Shown in pieces: positions 43,480 through 52,930 of a DNA stretch of 64,000 nucleotides. The notes beneath the pieces were generated by a model that did no database searches, had not been told where the DNA came from, and saw only the letters and a list, made by a program, of their open reading frames with translations. The stretch is from Alphaproteobacteria bacterium bin98 (GTDB taxonomy: Bacteria; Pseudomonadota; Alphaproteobacteria; Bin98), in the NCBI GenBank assembly GCA_002238905.1, contig MPNG01000002.1, positions 46,786 to 110,785 on the forward strand, in the 5' to 3' direction. Within the stretch, counting starts at the first letter, position 1. The number at the start of each line of letters is the position of its first letter. The translations under genes and the position numbers were made by a program.

Positions 43480-44871
43480 ATGGGTAGATTTTTAATTTTT
43501 TTGATGTCTGTGAGTGATGTATGTGCAGCTACGCATGACATTTTTCCCTATGAAGGTCTTGTGGGATTTTCTTTGCCGTTTTTTGGGTTATTGCTTTCGC
43601 TTGCCATTTTACCAGTTTTGTGTGCCAATTTTTGGAGCAAACACTACACAAAAATTGTCATAGGATGGTTGTGTGCCTTCCTTATACCTTTTGGTATACA
43701 AACCAGCATGGCGCATATTCAAGAAGTTTTAACAAATGTTTTAGTTTACGAATATATTCCATTTGCCCTTCTTATTGGATCGCTTTACGCTATCACAGGA
43801 AATATCAGTATGGGGCGACTGTACAAAGCAACGCCTTTGAAAAACACACTCTATTTGCTCTTTGCTGGCTTATGCGCTAGCGTTGCCGGCACAACAGGTG
43901 CGGCCATGATTTTTATTCGCCCATTTATTAAGGCGAATTCCTTTCGCAAGCGTGTTTCGCATGCGATGATTTTCTTTATCTTCATTGTCGCTAATATAGG
44001 AGGCGCTTTGACACCTTTGGGAGACCCTCCCTTATTCTTAGGATATTTAAGTGGTGTCCCCTTCTTTTGGCCTCTGCAGAACCTTTTGCTTCCGACAATC
44101 TTTACTATGACAATACTATTGTCCATATTTTTCTTGTTGGATCTCTACTTCTTTAAAGCGGATAAAAAAGATGAGCAAAGCATGCTAGAAGAGGCGAGAG
44201 TAGTGCTTGGTAAACACAACACCTTCTTTTTACTCGGTGTTATTATTACGCTAATGTTTTTTGGAGGAGAGACGGAAATTGGTTTGTATACAATTTCATC
44301 GTTTATGCGTGATGCTATCCTCTTTGTTATGGCAGTGCTTTCTTACAAAACAACGCCTGCATCGGTGCGAGAGATAAACCGATTTTCGTGGCACCCGCTT
44401 GCTGAGGTATTAATTATTTTTCTTGGATTGTTTATATTAGTGGATCCCACATTGGCAATTTTAAGCAAGAAACACAGCTCTGTTGCACCTTTGCTGGAAT
44501 GGTTTAAGGCTTGTGGTGGTGAAGATGCCAGTTTATATTTTTGGGGGACGGGTCTGTTCTCTAGCTTCTTGGACAACGCTCCAACATACTTAGTGTTTGT
44601 GCGTTTAACCGAATGCAGTTTGCCAGAACTTCTTGCGCATATGCCAAGATTTTTGGCGGCGATATCAGCAGGAGCCGTCTTTATGGGTGCTATGACGTAC
44701 ATTGGTAATGCTCCCAACTTTATGGTTAAAGCTATTGTGGAACAAGAAAAGGTAAAGATGCCAGGGTTCCTAGGATATATGATGTGGTCAACGACTGTCT
44801 TGCTGCCTGTGTTTATCTTTTTGAACTACATATTTTTCTCAGGAGATTTCCCATTCATCAGTTTATCGTAA
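43480..44871 (+). CDS. ArsB/NhaD-superfamily (citrate-transporter-like) ion permease
   Basis: 463 aa, polytopic. The GGALTPLGDPPLFLGYLSGVPFFW and LDNAPTYLVF motifs resemble NhaD-type Na+/H+ antiporter-like permeases. Substrate unknown. Confidence 0.5.
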   Translation: MGRFLIFLMSVSDVCAATHDIFPYEGLVGFSLPFFGLLLSLAILPVLCANFWSKHYTKIVIGWLCAFLIPFGIQTSMAHIQEVLTNVLVYEYIPFALLIGSLYAITGNISMGRLYKATPLKNTLYLLFAGLCASVAGTTGAAMIFIRPFIKANSFRKRVSHAMIFFIFIVANIGGALTPLGDPPLFLGYLSGVPFFWPLQNLLLPTIFTMTILLSIFFLLDLYFFKADKKDEQSMLEEARVVLGKHNTFFLLGVIITLMFFGGETEIGLYTISSFMRDAILFVMAVLSYKTTPASVREINRFSWHPLAEVLIIFLGLFILVDPTLAILSKKHSSVAPLLEWFKACGGEDASLYFWGTGLFSSFLDNAPTYLVFVRLTECSLPELLAHMPRFLAAISAGAVFMGAMTYIGNAPNFMVKAIVEQEKVKMPGFLGYMMWSTTVLLPVFIFLNYIFFSGDFPFISLS

Positions 44872-46292
44872 TTATTTTTCTGAGTGGATTGTGTTTGGCC
44901 GATCCAGTTGTGTTTGTGGATACCGCACAGAATATTTCTTGTGTGGCGAGTGATTCAGAGGATCTGTACCTTTTGAAAGAGTTGGAAAATGCCTGTCCAC
45001 CAAAGGATAATGTGCCCTCGGATCAATCATTAGCACAGAAGGGGGCTATGCCGAACTCGGATGATGCTTTACAACCGGTAACGCCACACTCGACTTCGCA
45101 GCAATCATCAACAAAACAGGGGGCGAGGCAACTTTATCATCCTGTGCCGAACTCGGATGATGCTTTACAACCGGTAACGCCACACTTGACTTCGCAGCAA
45201 TCATCAACAAAACAGGGGACGAGGCAACCTTACCCTCCTGTGCCGAACTCGGATGATGCTTTACAACCGGTAACGCCACACTTGACTTCGCAGCAATCAT
45301 CAACAAAACAGGGGGCGAGGCAACTTTATCATCCTGTGCCGCACTCGGATGATGCTTTACAACCGGTAACGCCACACTCGACTTCGCAGCAATCATCAAC
45401 AAAACAGGGGGCGAGGCAACTTTATCATCCTGTGCCGAACTCGGATGATGCTTTACAACCGGTAACGCCACACTTGACTTCGCAGCAATCATCAACAAAA
45501 CAGGGGGCGAGGCAACCTTACCCTCCTGTGCCGAATCCGGATCGTTTACAACCGGTCACTTCACAATCGAAAAAAAAGATACAGCGCTTTTCTCACGCTT
45601 ATAAGGTGGATGTGCGCCCTGTTCCTTTAAAACCGAAGGCATTAAAAGATCCAGACGTGTTGCGCTGGCGTGACTTATCAACTCAAGAAATGCGCCTTGA
45701 GGAAGAATTAGAGCAAGCAAATGCAAGTCCTAATACTGAAGAAAATGTAGAAAAAATGCTTGCGATTTCTGCAAAACTTTCGTCTATTGAAGAAGAAAAA
45801 CGTTCTCTAGAAAATCTACTTCTTCAAAAAGATATTGATGTGCTCAGTGTACCAGATCCAGAGCCGCTTTTTGCTGCAGACGAGAATACAGAAAGTTATG
45901 AAGAGGTCATGCGTGTTTTGAAAGCACGTATGCACAGAGCTGTCTTGCGAGGCGATCAACAAGAAATAGTAAGAATCCAACAACAGTTGCAAGAGGCAAA
46001 GCAAGAGCAAATGCTAAAAACCCTTAATAAGGGAAGTGATAATCCTACCGCACCACCTCTGTTTTCAGAACAAAAGAAACCTTCTGAAGATCAAGAAATA
46101 CCAATAGCAAGAGAGAGTGATTTTGGAGAAAAGGCTAATCATGTTAGAATGAAAGACGATTTGACGGAAGATGATGCCATTCCAAATTTAACGGAAAACC
46201 CTCTTTGGCAAAAATCACACGCCAGATCTGTTGTTGTAGCATCCTCTGCGGATGCCAAAGCAGAGTCGAGTAAATGGCAAAGAAGAACCTAG
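44784..46292 (+). CDS. repeat-containing protein of unknown function: 5 x 32-aa tandem repeats plus an acidic, coiled-coil-like C-terminal half
   Basis: Long ORF whose repeat copies are maintained in frame. The ATG at 44784 overlaps the upstream permease by 88 nt. An AGGAGA (44841..44846) followed by an in-frame ATT (44853) would give a signal-like N-terminus, HQFIVIIFLSGLCLA. The start is unresolved. Confidence 0.6.
   Translation: MVNDCLAACVYLFELHIFLRRFPIHQFIVIIFLSGLCLADPVVFVDTAQNISCVASDSEDLYLLKELENACPPKDNVPSDQSLAQKGAMPNSDDALQPVTPHSTSQQSSTKQGARQLYHPVPNSDDALQPVTPHLTSQQSSTKQGTRQPYPPVPNSDDALQPVTPHLTSQQSSTKQGARQLYHPVPHSDDALQPVTPHSTSQQSSTKQGARQLYHPVPNSDDALQPVTPHLTSQQSSTKQGARQPYPPVPNPDRLQPVTSQSKKKIQRFSHAYKVDVRPVPLKPKALKDPDVLRWRDLSTQEMRLEEELEQANASPNTEENVEKMLAISAKLSSIEEEKRSLENLLLQKDIDVLSVPDPEPLFAADENTESYEEVMRVLKARMHRAVLRGDQQEIVRIQQQLQEAKQEQMLKTLNKGSDNPTAPPLFSEQKKPSEDQEIPIARESDFGEKANHVRMKDDLTEDDAIPNLTENPLWQKSHARSVVVASSADAKAESSKWQRRT
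45051..45570 (+). repeat. 96-bp in-frame tandem repeat: 5 full copies (45051..45530) plus a degenerate partial sixth
   Basis: ccgaactcggatgatgctttacaacc recurs at 45051, 45147, 45243, 45339 (ccgcactcgg variant) and 45435. The unit encodes PNSDDALQPVTPH[S/L]TSQQSSTKQG[A/T]RQ[LYH/PYP]PV. Confidence 0.95.
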
Positions 46293-47638
46293 AAAACACG
46301 CAATACGCCTATGTTAAATCCCATGGGTGCAATGCCAATCTTTACGACTCACATCGTATGATGGATCTGTTGGAACATCATGGCTATACTTTGGTTGATG
46401 AATATACAAAAGCTAATCTCATTTTAGTTAACACATGCAATATTCGTGAGAAAGCAGCTGAAAAAGTTTATTCTGCTATTGGGCGGTATGCAAAACATAA
46501 AGCAGAAAAACAAAAAAAAGGTGAGAGCGTCATCATTGTTGTGGCTGGGTGTGTTGGGCAAGCAGAAGGTGAGATGATGCGGGAAAGAGCACCTGTTGTG
46601 GACATTGTTCTTGGTTCGCAAACTTACCATCAACTTCCAGAAATGCTTGAGCGTTTGCGGCGTAAAGATCCAGATGCTTACCGAGTCAATACACAGTTTC
46701 CTCTTGAGCCAAAATTTGATTTTTTGCCAAAAGTAAAGGCGCGGCAAATTGGTAGTACCAGTATGGCGATTCAAGAGGGGTGTGATAAATTTTGTACGTT
46801 TTGCTGTGTCCCTTATACGCGAGGTCCAGAATACTCTCGACCGTTTGATGTGCTTGTGCAAGAAGCAAAAGAGCTTTCCCAGCAGGGTATTAAAGAAATA
46901 TCTTTAGAAGGGCAAAATGTAAGTGACTACAGAGGCAAATCTTCTTGTGGGCGTAAAACATACTCTCTTGCTCAGTTGTGCCGTGAAATTGCAAACATTG
47001 AAGGTATTGCAAGAATTCGCTACTCTTCTTCGCACCCACGTGATATCACACAAGAGCTGGCAGATACGCACCGAGACTGTGCTAAAGTTATGCCGGCGTT
47101 TCATTTGCCAGTACAGTCGGGATCAAACGCAGTTTTGCAAAAAATGAACCGCCAACACACAAGAGAGCGCTACTTAGAGATTTTCGATATGTTCAAGAGC
47201 GCTGTTCCTCATATAAAATTTTCTTCAGATTTTATAGTGGGTTTTCCTGGTGAAACAGAGCAAGATTTTGAAGATACTCTTGATCTTGTGCGAAAGGTAG
47301 AATTCACACGCTCTTATAGCTTTGCTTATAGCCAACGTCCTGGCACTCCAGCGGCCGTAGAGGCGCTGCAAGTGCCAGAGGATCTGAAGAAAGAAAGGTT
47401 GTGGCGCTTACAAGAGCTTTTAGACCATTATGAGAAGACTTTTAACGAGAGTTTGGTAGGACAAGTTGTGCCGGTTTTGTTTACACGTAAAGGCCGTAGA
47501 GAAGGACAAATTGTTGGCAGAAGTTGTTACCTTCAATCCGTATACACAGAAGCCTCCACAGAACTTTTTGGAACGATACAGAAAGTAGAGTTGGTGAGCG
47601 CAGGTGTGCATGGCATGGGTGGAAAAATTTTAAGATAA
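46274..47638 (+). CDS. miaB: tRNA-i6A37 methylthiotransferase (radical SAM)
   Basis: 454 aa. N-terminal UPF0004 domain with Cys residues, a radical-SAM CxxxCxxC (EGCDKFCTFCCVPYTRG), and a C-terminal TRAM domain. Confidence 0.9.
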   Translation: MAKKNLENTQYAYVKSHGCNANLYDSHRMMDLLEHHGYTLVDEYTKANLILVNTCNIREKAAEKVYSAIGRYAKHKAEKQKKGESVIIVVAGCVGQAEGEMMRERAPVVDIVLGSQTYHQLPEMLERLRRKDPDAYRVNTQFPLEPKFDFLPKVKARQIGSTSMAIQEGCDKFCTFCCVPYTRGPEYSRPFDVLVQEAKELSQQGIKEISLEGQNVSDYRGKSSCGRKTYSLAQLCREIANIEGIARIRYSSSHPRDITQELADTHRDCAKVMPAFHLPVQSGSNAVLQKMNRQHTRERYLEIFDMFKSAVPHIKFSSDFIVGFPGETEQDFEDTLDLVRKVEFTRSYSFAYSQRPGTPAAVEALQVPEDLKKERLWRLQELLDHYEKTFNESLVGQVVPVLFTRKGRREGQIVGRSCYLQSVYTEASTELFGTIQKVELVSAGVHGMGGKILR

Positions 47639-47796
47639 ATGAAAACAATCTCCTGACAGCGAGGATTGAAAACATATTTTTCACAAAATTACGACCAAGA
47701 ATTCCTTGAAAAATATGCCGCTCTTTAGCTGGAATCTAAAATGATGGGTTTTGTTCAGGGCTAGTATTTTGCGCTATAATCTGATATTCAATAGGT

Positions 47797-48795
47797 GTGT
47801 TGATGGAGCGTGATGTTGGCGCTCCATCTTCAAGGAGAGTTGTGGCATCACCGTTAGCTGAGAAAGTGCAATCCACGCACTATAAAATTATTTGGGAAAA
47901 TAATGCCTTTGTGCAATGTGTCGTAGGCGCAAATAATTGCCATTTAAATCAATTACAAAAAAAGATGAACGTTGCGGTAAGCTTGCGCGGGAATGAGGTG
48001 TTTCTTCAGGGTGCACCAGAAGCGGTAGAGCAAGCTGCAAATGTTTTAAACGCTGCTTATGATTTGGCGGTGAAAGGCCGCGTTCTGGATATCCGAGATT
48101 TTGAGCTACTCTTCTCCTCAGATGAGCCAAAAGAAATGCATAAAGTTCTTTTTACGGTAGGCAATAAATCCATTTGTGCGCGCAACGCAAAACAAATGCA
48201 GATGATAAAAAATTTAGAAAATAATGAACTCAACTTTGCCTTAGGAGCTGCCGGAACTGGTAAGACTTACTTGGCGGTTTTATACGGACTTAAAAGCTTA
48301 TTAAACGGCTCTGTTAAACGGCTGATTTTAGCGCGTCCTGCGGTAGAGGCAGGTGAACAGCTAGGATTTTTGCCAGGTGATATGCGGGATAAGGTGGACC
48401 CTTATATGCGACCGCTTTATGATGTGTTGTACGAAGTGCTCGATAGTGTGCGTGTTGCGCGTATGATTGAAAATAATAGTATTGAGGTTGCTCCTATCGC
48501 GTTTATGCGTGGTCGAACATTGAGTAACAGCTTTATTGTGCTTGATGAGGCGCAAAACGCGACCTGTGTACAAATGAAGATGTTTTTGACGCGTTTGGGT
48601 CAAGGTTCTCGCATGGTTGTTACAGGTGATCCTCGACAGGTGGATTTACCGCGTGCGCAAGGTTCGGGTTTGATAGATGCCGTAGAGCGTTTAGAGAATA
48701 TAGACAGTATAGGATTTGTACGCTTTTCCATGCATGATGTTGTGCGCCACGGTCTAGTTTCAAAGATCATTCAAGCTTATGACGGTGAAGTTTGA
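47797..48795 (+). CDS. ybeZ: PhoH-family ATPase (YbeZ-like)
   Basis: 332 aa. Walker A GAAGTGKTYLAV, Walker B FIVLDEAQN, and VVTGDPRQVDL. Confidence 0.85.
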   Translation: MLMERDVGAPSSRRVVASPLAEKVQSTHYKIIWENNAFVQCVVGANNCHLNQLQKKMNVAVSLRGNEVFLQGAPEAVEQAANVLNAAYDLAVKGRVLDIRDFELLFSSDEPKEMHKVLFTVGNKSICARNAKQMQMIKNLENNELNFALGAAGTGKTYLAVLYGLKSLLNGSVKRLILARPAVEAGEQLGFLPGDMRDKVDPYMRPLYDVLYEVLDSVRVARMIENNSIEVAPIAFMRGRTLSNSFIVLDEAQNATCVQMKMFLTRLGQGSRMVVTGDPRQVDLPRAQGSGLIDAVERLENIDSIGFVRFSMHDVVRHGLVSKIIQAYDGEV

Positions 48796-49225
48796 TATTT
48801 TACAAGAAGATGATCGGTGGAACAATCTTCCAATACAAGCTATTACCGATCAGGTAAGCGCCGTGATGATTTTTCCTGATCGCGCTTCTGAAGTTTCCGT
48901 TTTGTTAACCAATGATGCTGGCATTCAGAACCTTAATAACACTTATCGTCATAAGGATAAAACTACTAATGTTTTGGCATTTCCGTCTTGTGATCCAGCA
49001 GGTATGCTGTTAGGTGATATCGCTATGAGTTATGATGTGATGCAAATCGAAGCGGAAGAAAGAGGTATACCACTTCGTTTTCACTACGCTCATCTTCTTA
49101 CTCATGGACTTTTGCACTTAATGGGTTATGACCATATACAAGATGATGATGCACAAAAGATGGAAGCAAAAGAGGAGGAGATTTTGCGTCAATTAGATAT
49201 TCCTTCCCCTTATTCTGCTGAGTAA
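48779..49225 (+). CDS. ybeY: rRNA maturation endoribonuclease YbeY
   Basis: 148 aa. Zinc motif HGLLHLMGYDH. Lies in the conserved phoH-ybeY position. Confidence 0.85.
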   Translation: MTVKFDILQEDDRWNNLPIQAITDQVSAVMIFPDRASEVSVLLTNDAGIQNLNNTYRHKDKTTNVLAFPSCDPAGMLLGDIAMSYDVMQIEAEERGIPLRFHYAHLLTHGLLHLMGYDHIQDDDAQKMEAKEEEILRQLDIPSPYSAE

Positions 49226-49429
49226 CATTCATGGTAAAAGTGAAAATGGTGAGTGGACAGATAATGATGGTGGGAAAATTTTAGAAGTGTTTTCACTTAT
49301 CTTATAATGGTATGAAAGTATGTGGAGATGCTGGTGTAGCGGCGTCATGCTGAGAGTGAAGTTTTTCTCCTGCACACAGGATTAAAAACAATCATATCAG
49401 AGTGTAGCGCTTATGTGTGAATAAAACAT

Positions 49430-49458
49430 TTGGCGAATCTGTCGGATAGTATTATAAT
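49430..49458 (+). promoter_or_regulatory. candidate sigma70-type promoter for tRNA-Ser
   Basis: TTGGCG (49430..49435), a 17-nt spacer, then a consensus TATAAT (49453..49458). The -10 box lies 10 nt upstream of the mature tRNA 5' end. Confidence 0.5.
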
Positions 49459-49468
49459 GATTTTGTCT

Positions 49469-49560
49469 GGAGGGGTGGCTGAGTGGCTGAAGGCGACGGT
49501 TTGCTAAATCGTTATACGAGGTAACTTGTATCAAGGGTTCGAATCCCTTTCCCTCCGCCA
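49469..49560 (+). tRNA. tRNA-Ser (anticodon GCU), long variable arm, CCA encoded
   Basis: The acceptor stem ggagggg pairs with tccctcc. Anticodon stem acggt/atcgt with loop ttGCTaa. T-arm aaggg-ttcgaat-ccctt. Long extra arm. 3' gcca. Confidence 0.9.
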
Positions 49561-49575
49561 GACGTTTTTGCAATC

Positions 49576-50307
49576 CTAAAACATATTGATAAGGTCCGCT
49601 TTTGTGATGCCGCCAAAATCGGTAATGTCGTGTGCAATATATCCAGAGTGTAGAATAATGATGCGCGTGCTGTATTGCAGCGCATGCGCCAAGTCATGTG
49701 TTACCGCTATGCTTGCACTGTTGCGCTTTCCTAAAATCTGATTAACTTCTTTTGCAACGCTTTGAGCTGTGTTGGGATCCAGTGCTGCTGTGATTTCATC
49801 CATTAAAAACAAAGAAGAATCTTTTTGCATGACCATGAGAAGAGCCAAAAGTTGACGCTGACCTCCTGAAAGGCTGTCCACTCTTTGCTTGAGGCGTTTG
49901 TTTAACGTGAGGGGCGCGGTCTTTATAATATCATGCACACAATTGATGCTTTTTTTTGTATAGGCAAGGCATAAATTATGTTTTTTCTTAAGGGCAAAAA
50001 GCATATTTTGCTCTACGGTCATATGCCCAATGGTGCCTTGATCAACATGTTGCTGTATATAACCTATGAGGTGTGCGCGTTGATATGCGGAACTCTGGGC
50101 AATGTTCTTCCCGTTGAGAGTGATGGTTCCGGTGTGTTTCAGGGAGCCTGTTATGGCTTTCAGAAGTGTCGTTTTTCCTGACCCGTTTTGACCAAGGATG
50201 CTGACCTGTTCCCCTGCTTTTATATCTAAAGATAGGGGGTGTAGGATGGTTTTTTTATTGATTTTAACGGATAGATTAATAATTTTTAGCATGATTTTCT
50301 TTTCCAT
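49576..50307 (-). CDS. ABC transporter ATP-binding protein
   Basis: 243 aa. Walker A GQNGSGKTT, signature LSGGQRQ, Walker B LFLMDEITAALD. Last gene of a four-gene overlapping operon. Confidence 0.85.
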   Translation of the reverse strand: MEKKIMLKIINLSVKINKKTILHPLSLDIKAGEQVSILGQNGSGKTTLLKAITGSLKHTGTITLNGKNIAQSSAYQRAHLIGYIQQHVDQGTIGHMTVEQNMLFALKKKHNLCLAYTKKSINCVHDIIKTAPLTLNKRLKQRVDSLSGGQRQLLALLMVMQKDSSLFLMDEITAALDPNTAQSVAKEVNQILGKRNSASIAVTHDLAHALQYSTRIIILHSGYIAHDITDFGGITKADLINMF

Positions 50308-51125
50308 ATAAGAAGAACCATCAAAATAGCTAAGATAATATTAATATCGTATGGTTCTAACCCTAGGCTTGTGCATTGTATGGCAAAGCTGATGAGAGTT
50401 TGGTAAGCGATAGCGCCCACAAAACATCCTGTATAGGAAGCAAGCAGTGATCTCAAAGGAAATATTTTTTCTCCTAAAAGTGCGATGCTTAATCCAGTAA
50501 TAAGTGTTCCCGTTCCTTGTGTAATATCAAAAAACTCTTGATAATTCGCCATGACACCTCCGCTTAAGCCAATAAGCGCGTTGCTGAGCGTGAGACCACC
50601 AGTAATCATGCGGGTTGTTTTGACATGAAATTGTTGTGCTAGCCATGGCTTGTATCCTGCAACTTGCATGGCAAGTCCTAAGCGAGTGGAAAAGAAAAAC
50701 ACATAGATGATAGCAAAGAAAATCACTAATAAAAAAAGTATTAATAAGGTTGGCTGCTGCGTAAAAATATTATCCACCTCCATAAAGGAACGGTTTGGTG
50801 CGCCTTTTAGGATATGCAAGCCTATTGAATACCCGGTGTATGCGGTAATAATGCCTGAAAAAATGTCTGATATGCGCATATGAATATGCAAAAAGGCCGT
50901 GAGTGCTCCCGCAGCGCCGCCAGCTAAAAAGGATGCTAGCGTTGCAAGCCAGCAGTTGTAGCCCAAAAAAATCATTTGAGCGGCTGTGGCGGCGCCAATG
51001 GTAAAGCTTCCGGTGCAGGTGAGGTCTGTGAAATTAATGAGCCGCAGTGTAATATAAATCCCTAGAGATAAAAAGCCAAATATTAGCCCTAGCTCACAGC
51101 TTAAGAGTAGATCTGTAAAAGTCAT
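50286..51125 (-). CDS. ABC transporter permease (partner of the PF04392-type binding protein)
   Basis: 279 aa, polytopic. Overlaps both neighbours. Confidence 0.75.
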   Translation of the reverse strand: MTFTDLLLSCELGLIFGFLSLGIYITLRLINFTDLTCTGSFTIGAATAAQMIFLGYNCWLATLASFLAGGAAGALTAFLHIHMRISDIFSGIITAYTGYSIGLHILKGAPNRSFMEVDNIFTQQPTLLILFLLVIFFAIIYVFFFSTRLGLAMQVAGYKPWLAQQFHVKTTRMITGGLTLSNALIGLSGGVMANYQEFFDITQGTGTLITGLSIALLGEKIFPLRSLLASYTGCFVGAIAYQTLISFAIQCTSLGLEPYDINIILAILMVLLIWKRKSC

Positions 51126-52075
51126 GATTTTTCTGAGGATTGAAGAGAGGCGGGTATCGTTATTTTGAATTGCTTCGCTAATTTAGCGTTGATAAGGGGT
51201 GTGCTTTGTGCTGGTCCTTCTATAGGAATAACAAGTGGTCCTTTGGAGAGAAGGGTAAGGGCCATTTTTCCTGCTTGTTGGCCAATGGCATATTGGTCTG
51301 GGCCAAAGGCGGCGAGAGCGCCTTGCATGACAACGTCGGTGTCACTGACATAAAGCGGAATGCAAGACCGACGTGCTGTTTTTGAGATCAGAGGAATAAG
51401 GCTGAGTGCTAAGTTGTCGTTGCTTACAAAGAGTGCGTTTACATTTTTATTCACAAGGTTTTGCACGCCTGTGACCATCATTTCTGCAGAAAGGACAGCC
51501 TGTACTTCCAGCGAAACTCCAGATTTCTCACAAGCTTCTTGGACTTTTTGTACCATGATGGTGGAGTTTTTTTCTCCTGGATTGTAGAGCATTCCTAGGG
51601 TTTTAAGGTTTGGCTGTATGCGTTGAAAAAACTCTATTTGTGGTTGTAGTGGAGTGAAATTTGAGACACCGGTAATATTTTCTGTAGCAGATCCAGATGG
51701 TAGAATGTCGCTAGATACCGGATCTGTGACGCTTGCATACACAATAGACAGATTGGGGTATTTGCGCAAGAGAGTTTTGCAGGTTTGTGCAGGCATAGTG
51801 CCTACAGCAATCACAACAAGTCTTGGATTTTGACTAAGCTCGGACATGATGATTTGCTTAGCCATGGTGGGTTGTCCTTGAGCGCTTTGAAGGATAATGC
51901 GTTTTTTGTCTATCCCATTTTGTATGAGAAGGTCTTTTGCTCCCTGAGAGGTGGAATCAAGTGCTGGGTGCTCAATGACGCGCAAGATCAGGACCTTTGG
52001 TCTTTGTTCTTCTGCGCGAGCGCTGCCTGCTATTGCTGTGCAAAGCGTGACTAATATTGTTAATAAGTTTTTCAT
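51122..52075 (-). CDS. ABC transporter substrate-binding protein (ABC_sub_bind/PF04392-like; possible aromatic amino acid binding)
   Basis: 317 aa. Signal peptide MKNLLTILVTLCTAIAGSARA. KVLILRVIEHPALDSTSQGAKDLL resembles the N-terminus of PF04392 proteins such as streptococcal TrpX. From memory, not searched. Confidence 0.6.
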   Translation of the reverse strand: MKNLLTILVTLCTAIAGSARAEEQRPKVLILRVIEHPALDSTSQGAKDLLIQNGIDKKRIILQSAQGQPTMAKQIIMSELSQNPRLVVIAVGTMPAQTCKTLLRKYPNLSIVYASVTDPVSSDILPSGSATENITGVSNFTPLQPQIEFFQRIQPNLKTLGMLYNPGEKNSTIMVQKVQEACEKSGVSLEVQAVLSAEMMVTGVQNLVNKNVNALFVSNDNLALSLIPLISKTARRSCIPLYVSDTDVVMQGALAAFGPDQYAIGQQAGKMALTLLSKGPLVIPIEGPAQSTPLINAKLAKQFKITIPASLQSSEKS

Positions 52076-52401
52076 TTTTCTAAATTCTGTTTTGTTTCTA
52101 AAAGGATTTTGTATCCTTGATTGCTTTCAACATTTAAAAATCGTGCAACACGGGTAATGGTGGTAAGGCTTGACCCACACTTTGCGTGCACTTCACGATA
52201 AGAAAGCCCAGAGGAAAGGAGTTGAGCAACCTGCCACCTCTCTTGTAAGGACGAAAGTTCTTTTGGTGTGCAGATATCTTTTAAAACGCGTTCCATTTTC
52301 TCTGAGCTTTGGATATGCGAGAGGAGTGTAATAAGGTTTGTAAATGTGTGTGTCTGATCTTTTGTCATACTACAGTATAACGAATGTGAGTAATTTGTCA
52401 A
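52072..52401 (-). CDS. TrpR/YerC/YecD-family DNA-binding protein
   Basis: LKDICTPKELSSLQERWQVAQLLSSGLSYREVHAKCGSSLTTITRVARFL matches the TrpR-like helix-turn-helix fold family. An alternative start at 52368 (MTKDQ...) gives the usual length of about 98 aa. Confidence 0.65.
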   Translation of the reverse strand: MTNYSHSLYCSMTKDQTHTFTNLITLLSHIQSSEKMERVLKDICTPKELSSLQERWQVAQLLSSGLSYREVHAKCGSSLTTITRVARFLNVESNQGYKILLETKQNLEK

Positions 52402-52465
52402 ACGCAGTTGCTTTGTATGCTATACTCTGAGGGAAACGCGGTAGTTAGAGAAAGAGAGTTTTGGA

Positions 52466-52930
52466 ATGAATAAAAAATTGCCATATACGATTGCACAAAC
52501 GTTTGTGAAAGATGTTTCCTTTGAGAATCCCCTTTATGTAGATTTGTTAGTGCAGGCACAAAAGCATAAACCAGAAGTAAATTTTAATTTAGAAATTAAA
52601 ATCCATCAAGCAGGCGAAGACAGATTTGAAGTTGCTATTATTGTGAAAGTGAATGTTACATTTGATAAAAAATCCTATGTGCGTTCAGAAATTACTTACG
52701 CTGCGCTAGTGATGCTTGCTGACACTGACAAACAAGAGCATATTTTGTTTGTAGATGTGCCTCATCAAATTTACCCAGACTTACGTCCACTTGTGTCACA
52801 GCTGTTTTTGGCGGCAGGTGCAGCGTCTTCCTTTAAGCTTCCGATTGTTGATTTTGCATCACTTTACGAGAGGCGCTTAGCTGAAAAAGCCAAAGAATCA
52901 GCAAAGGAAGAAAAAAACACTGTTAATTAA
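52466..52930 (+). CDS. secB: protein-export chaperone SecB
   Basis: 154 aa. IAQTFVKDVSFENP start, and the ...YPDLRPLVSQLFLAAG... motif. Confidence 0.85.
   Translation: MNKKLPYTIAQTFVKDVSFENPLYVDLLVQAQKHKPEVNFNLEIKIHQAGEDRFEVAIIVKVNVTFDKKSYVRSEITYAALVMLADTDKQEHILFVDVPHQIYPDLRPLVSQLFLAAGAASSFKLPIVDFASLYERRLAEKAKESAKEEKNTVN

Noticed and set aside
45046-45498. 150-aa minus-strand ORF with its own perfect internal repeats
   Set aside because: It is the antisense shadow of the 96-bp coding repeat in 44784..46292. The repeat periodicity keeps the opposite strand open. The + strand ORF extends about 1.5 kb beyond the repeats, whereas this one exists only inside them.
45051-45570. Possible CRISPR array, because of regularly spaced direct repeats
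   Set aside because: The repeats are contiguous 96-bp units with no unique spacers. They are in frame within a long ORF, and no cas genes are nearby. This is a coding minisatellite.
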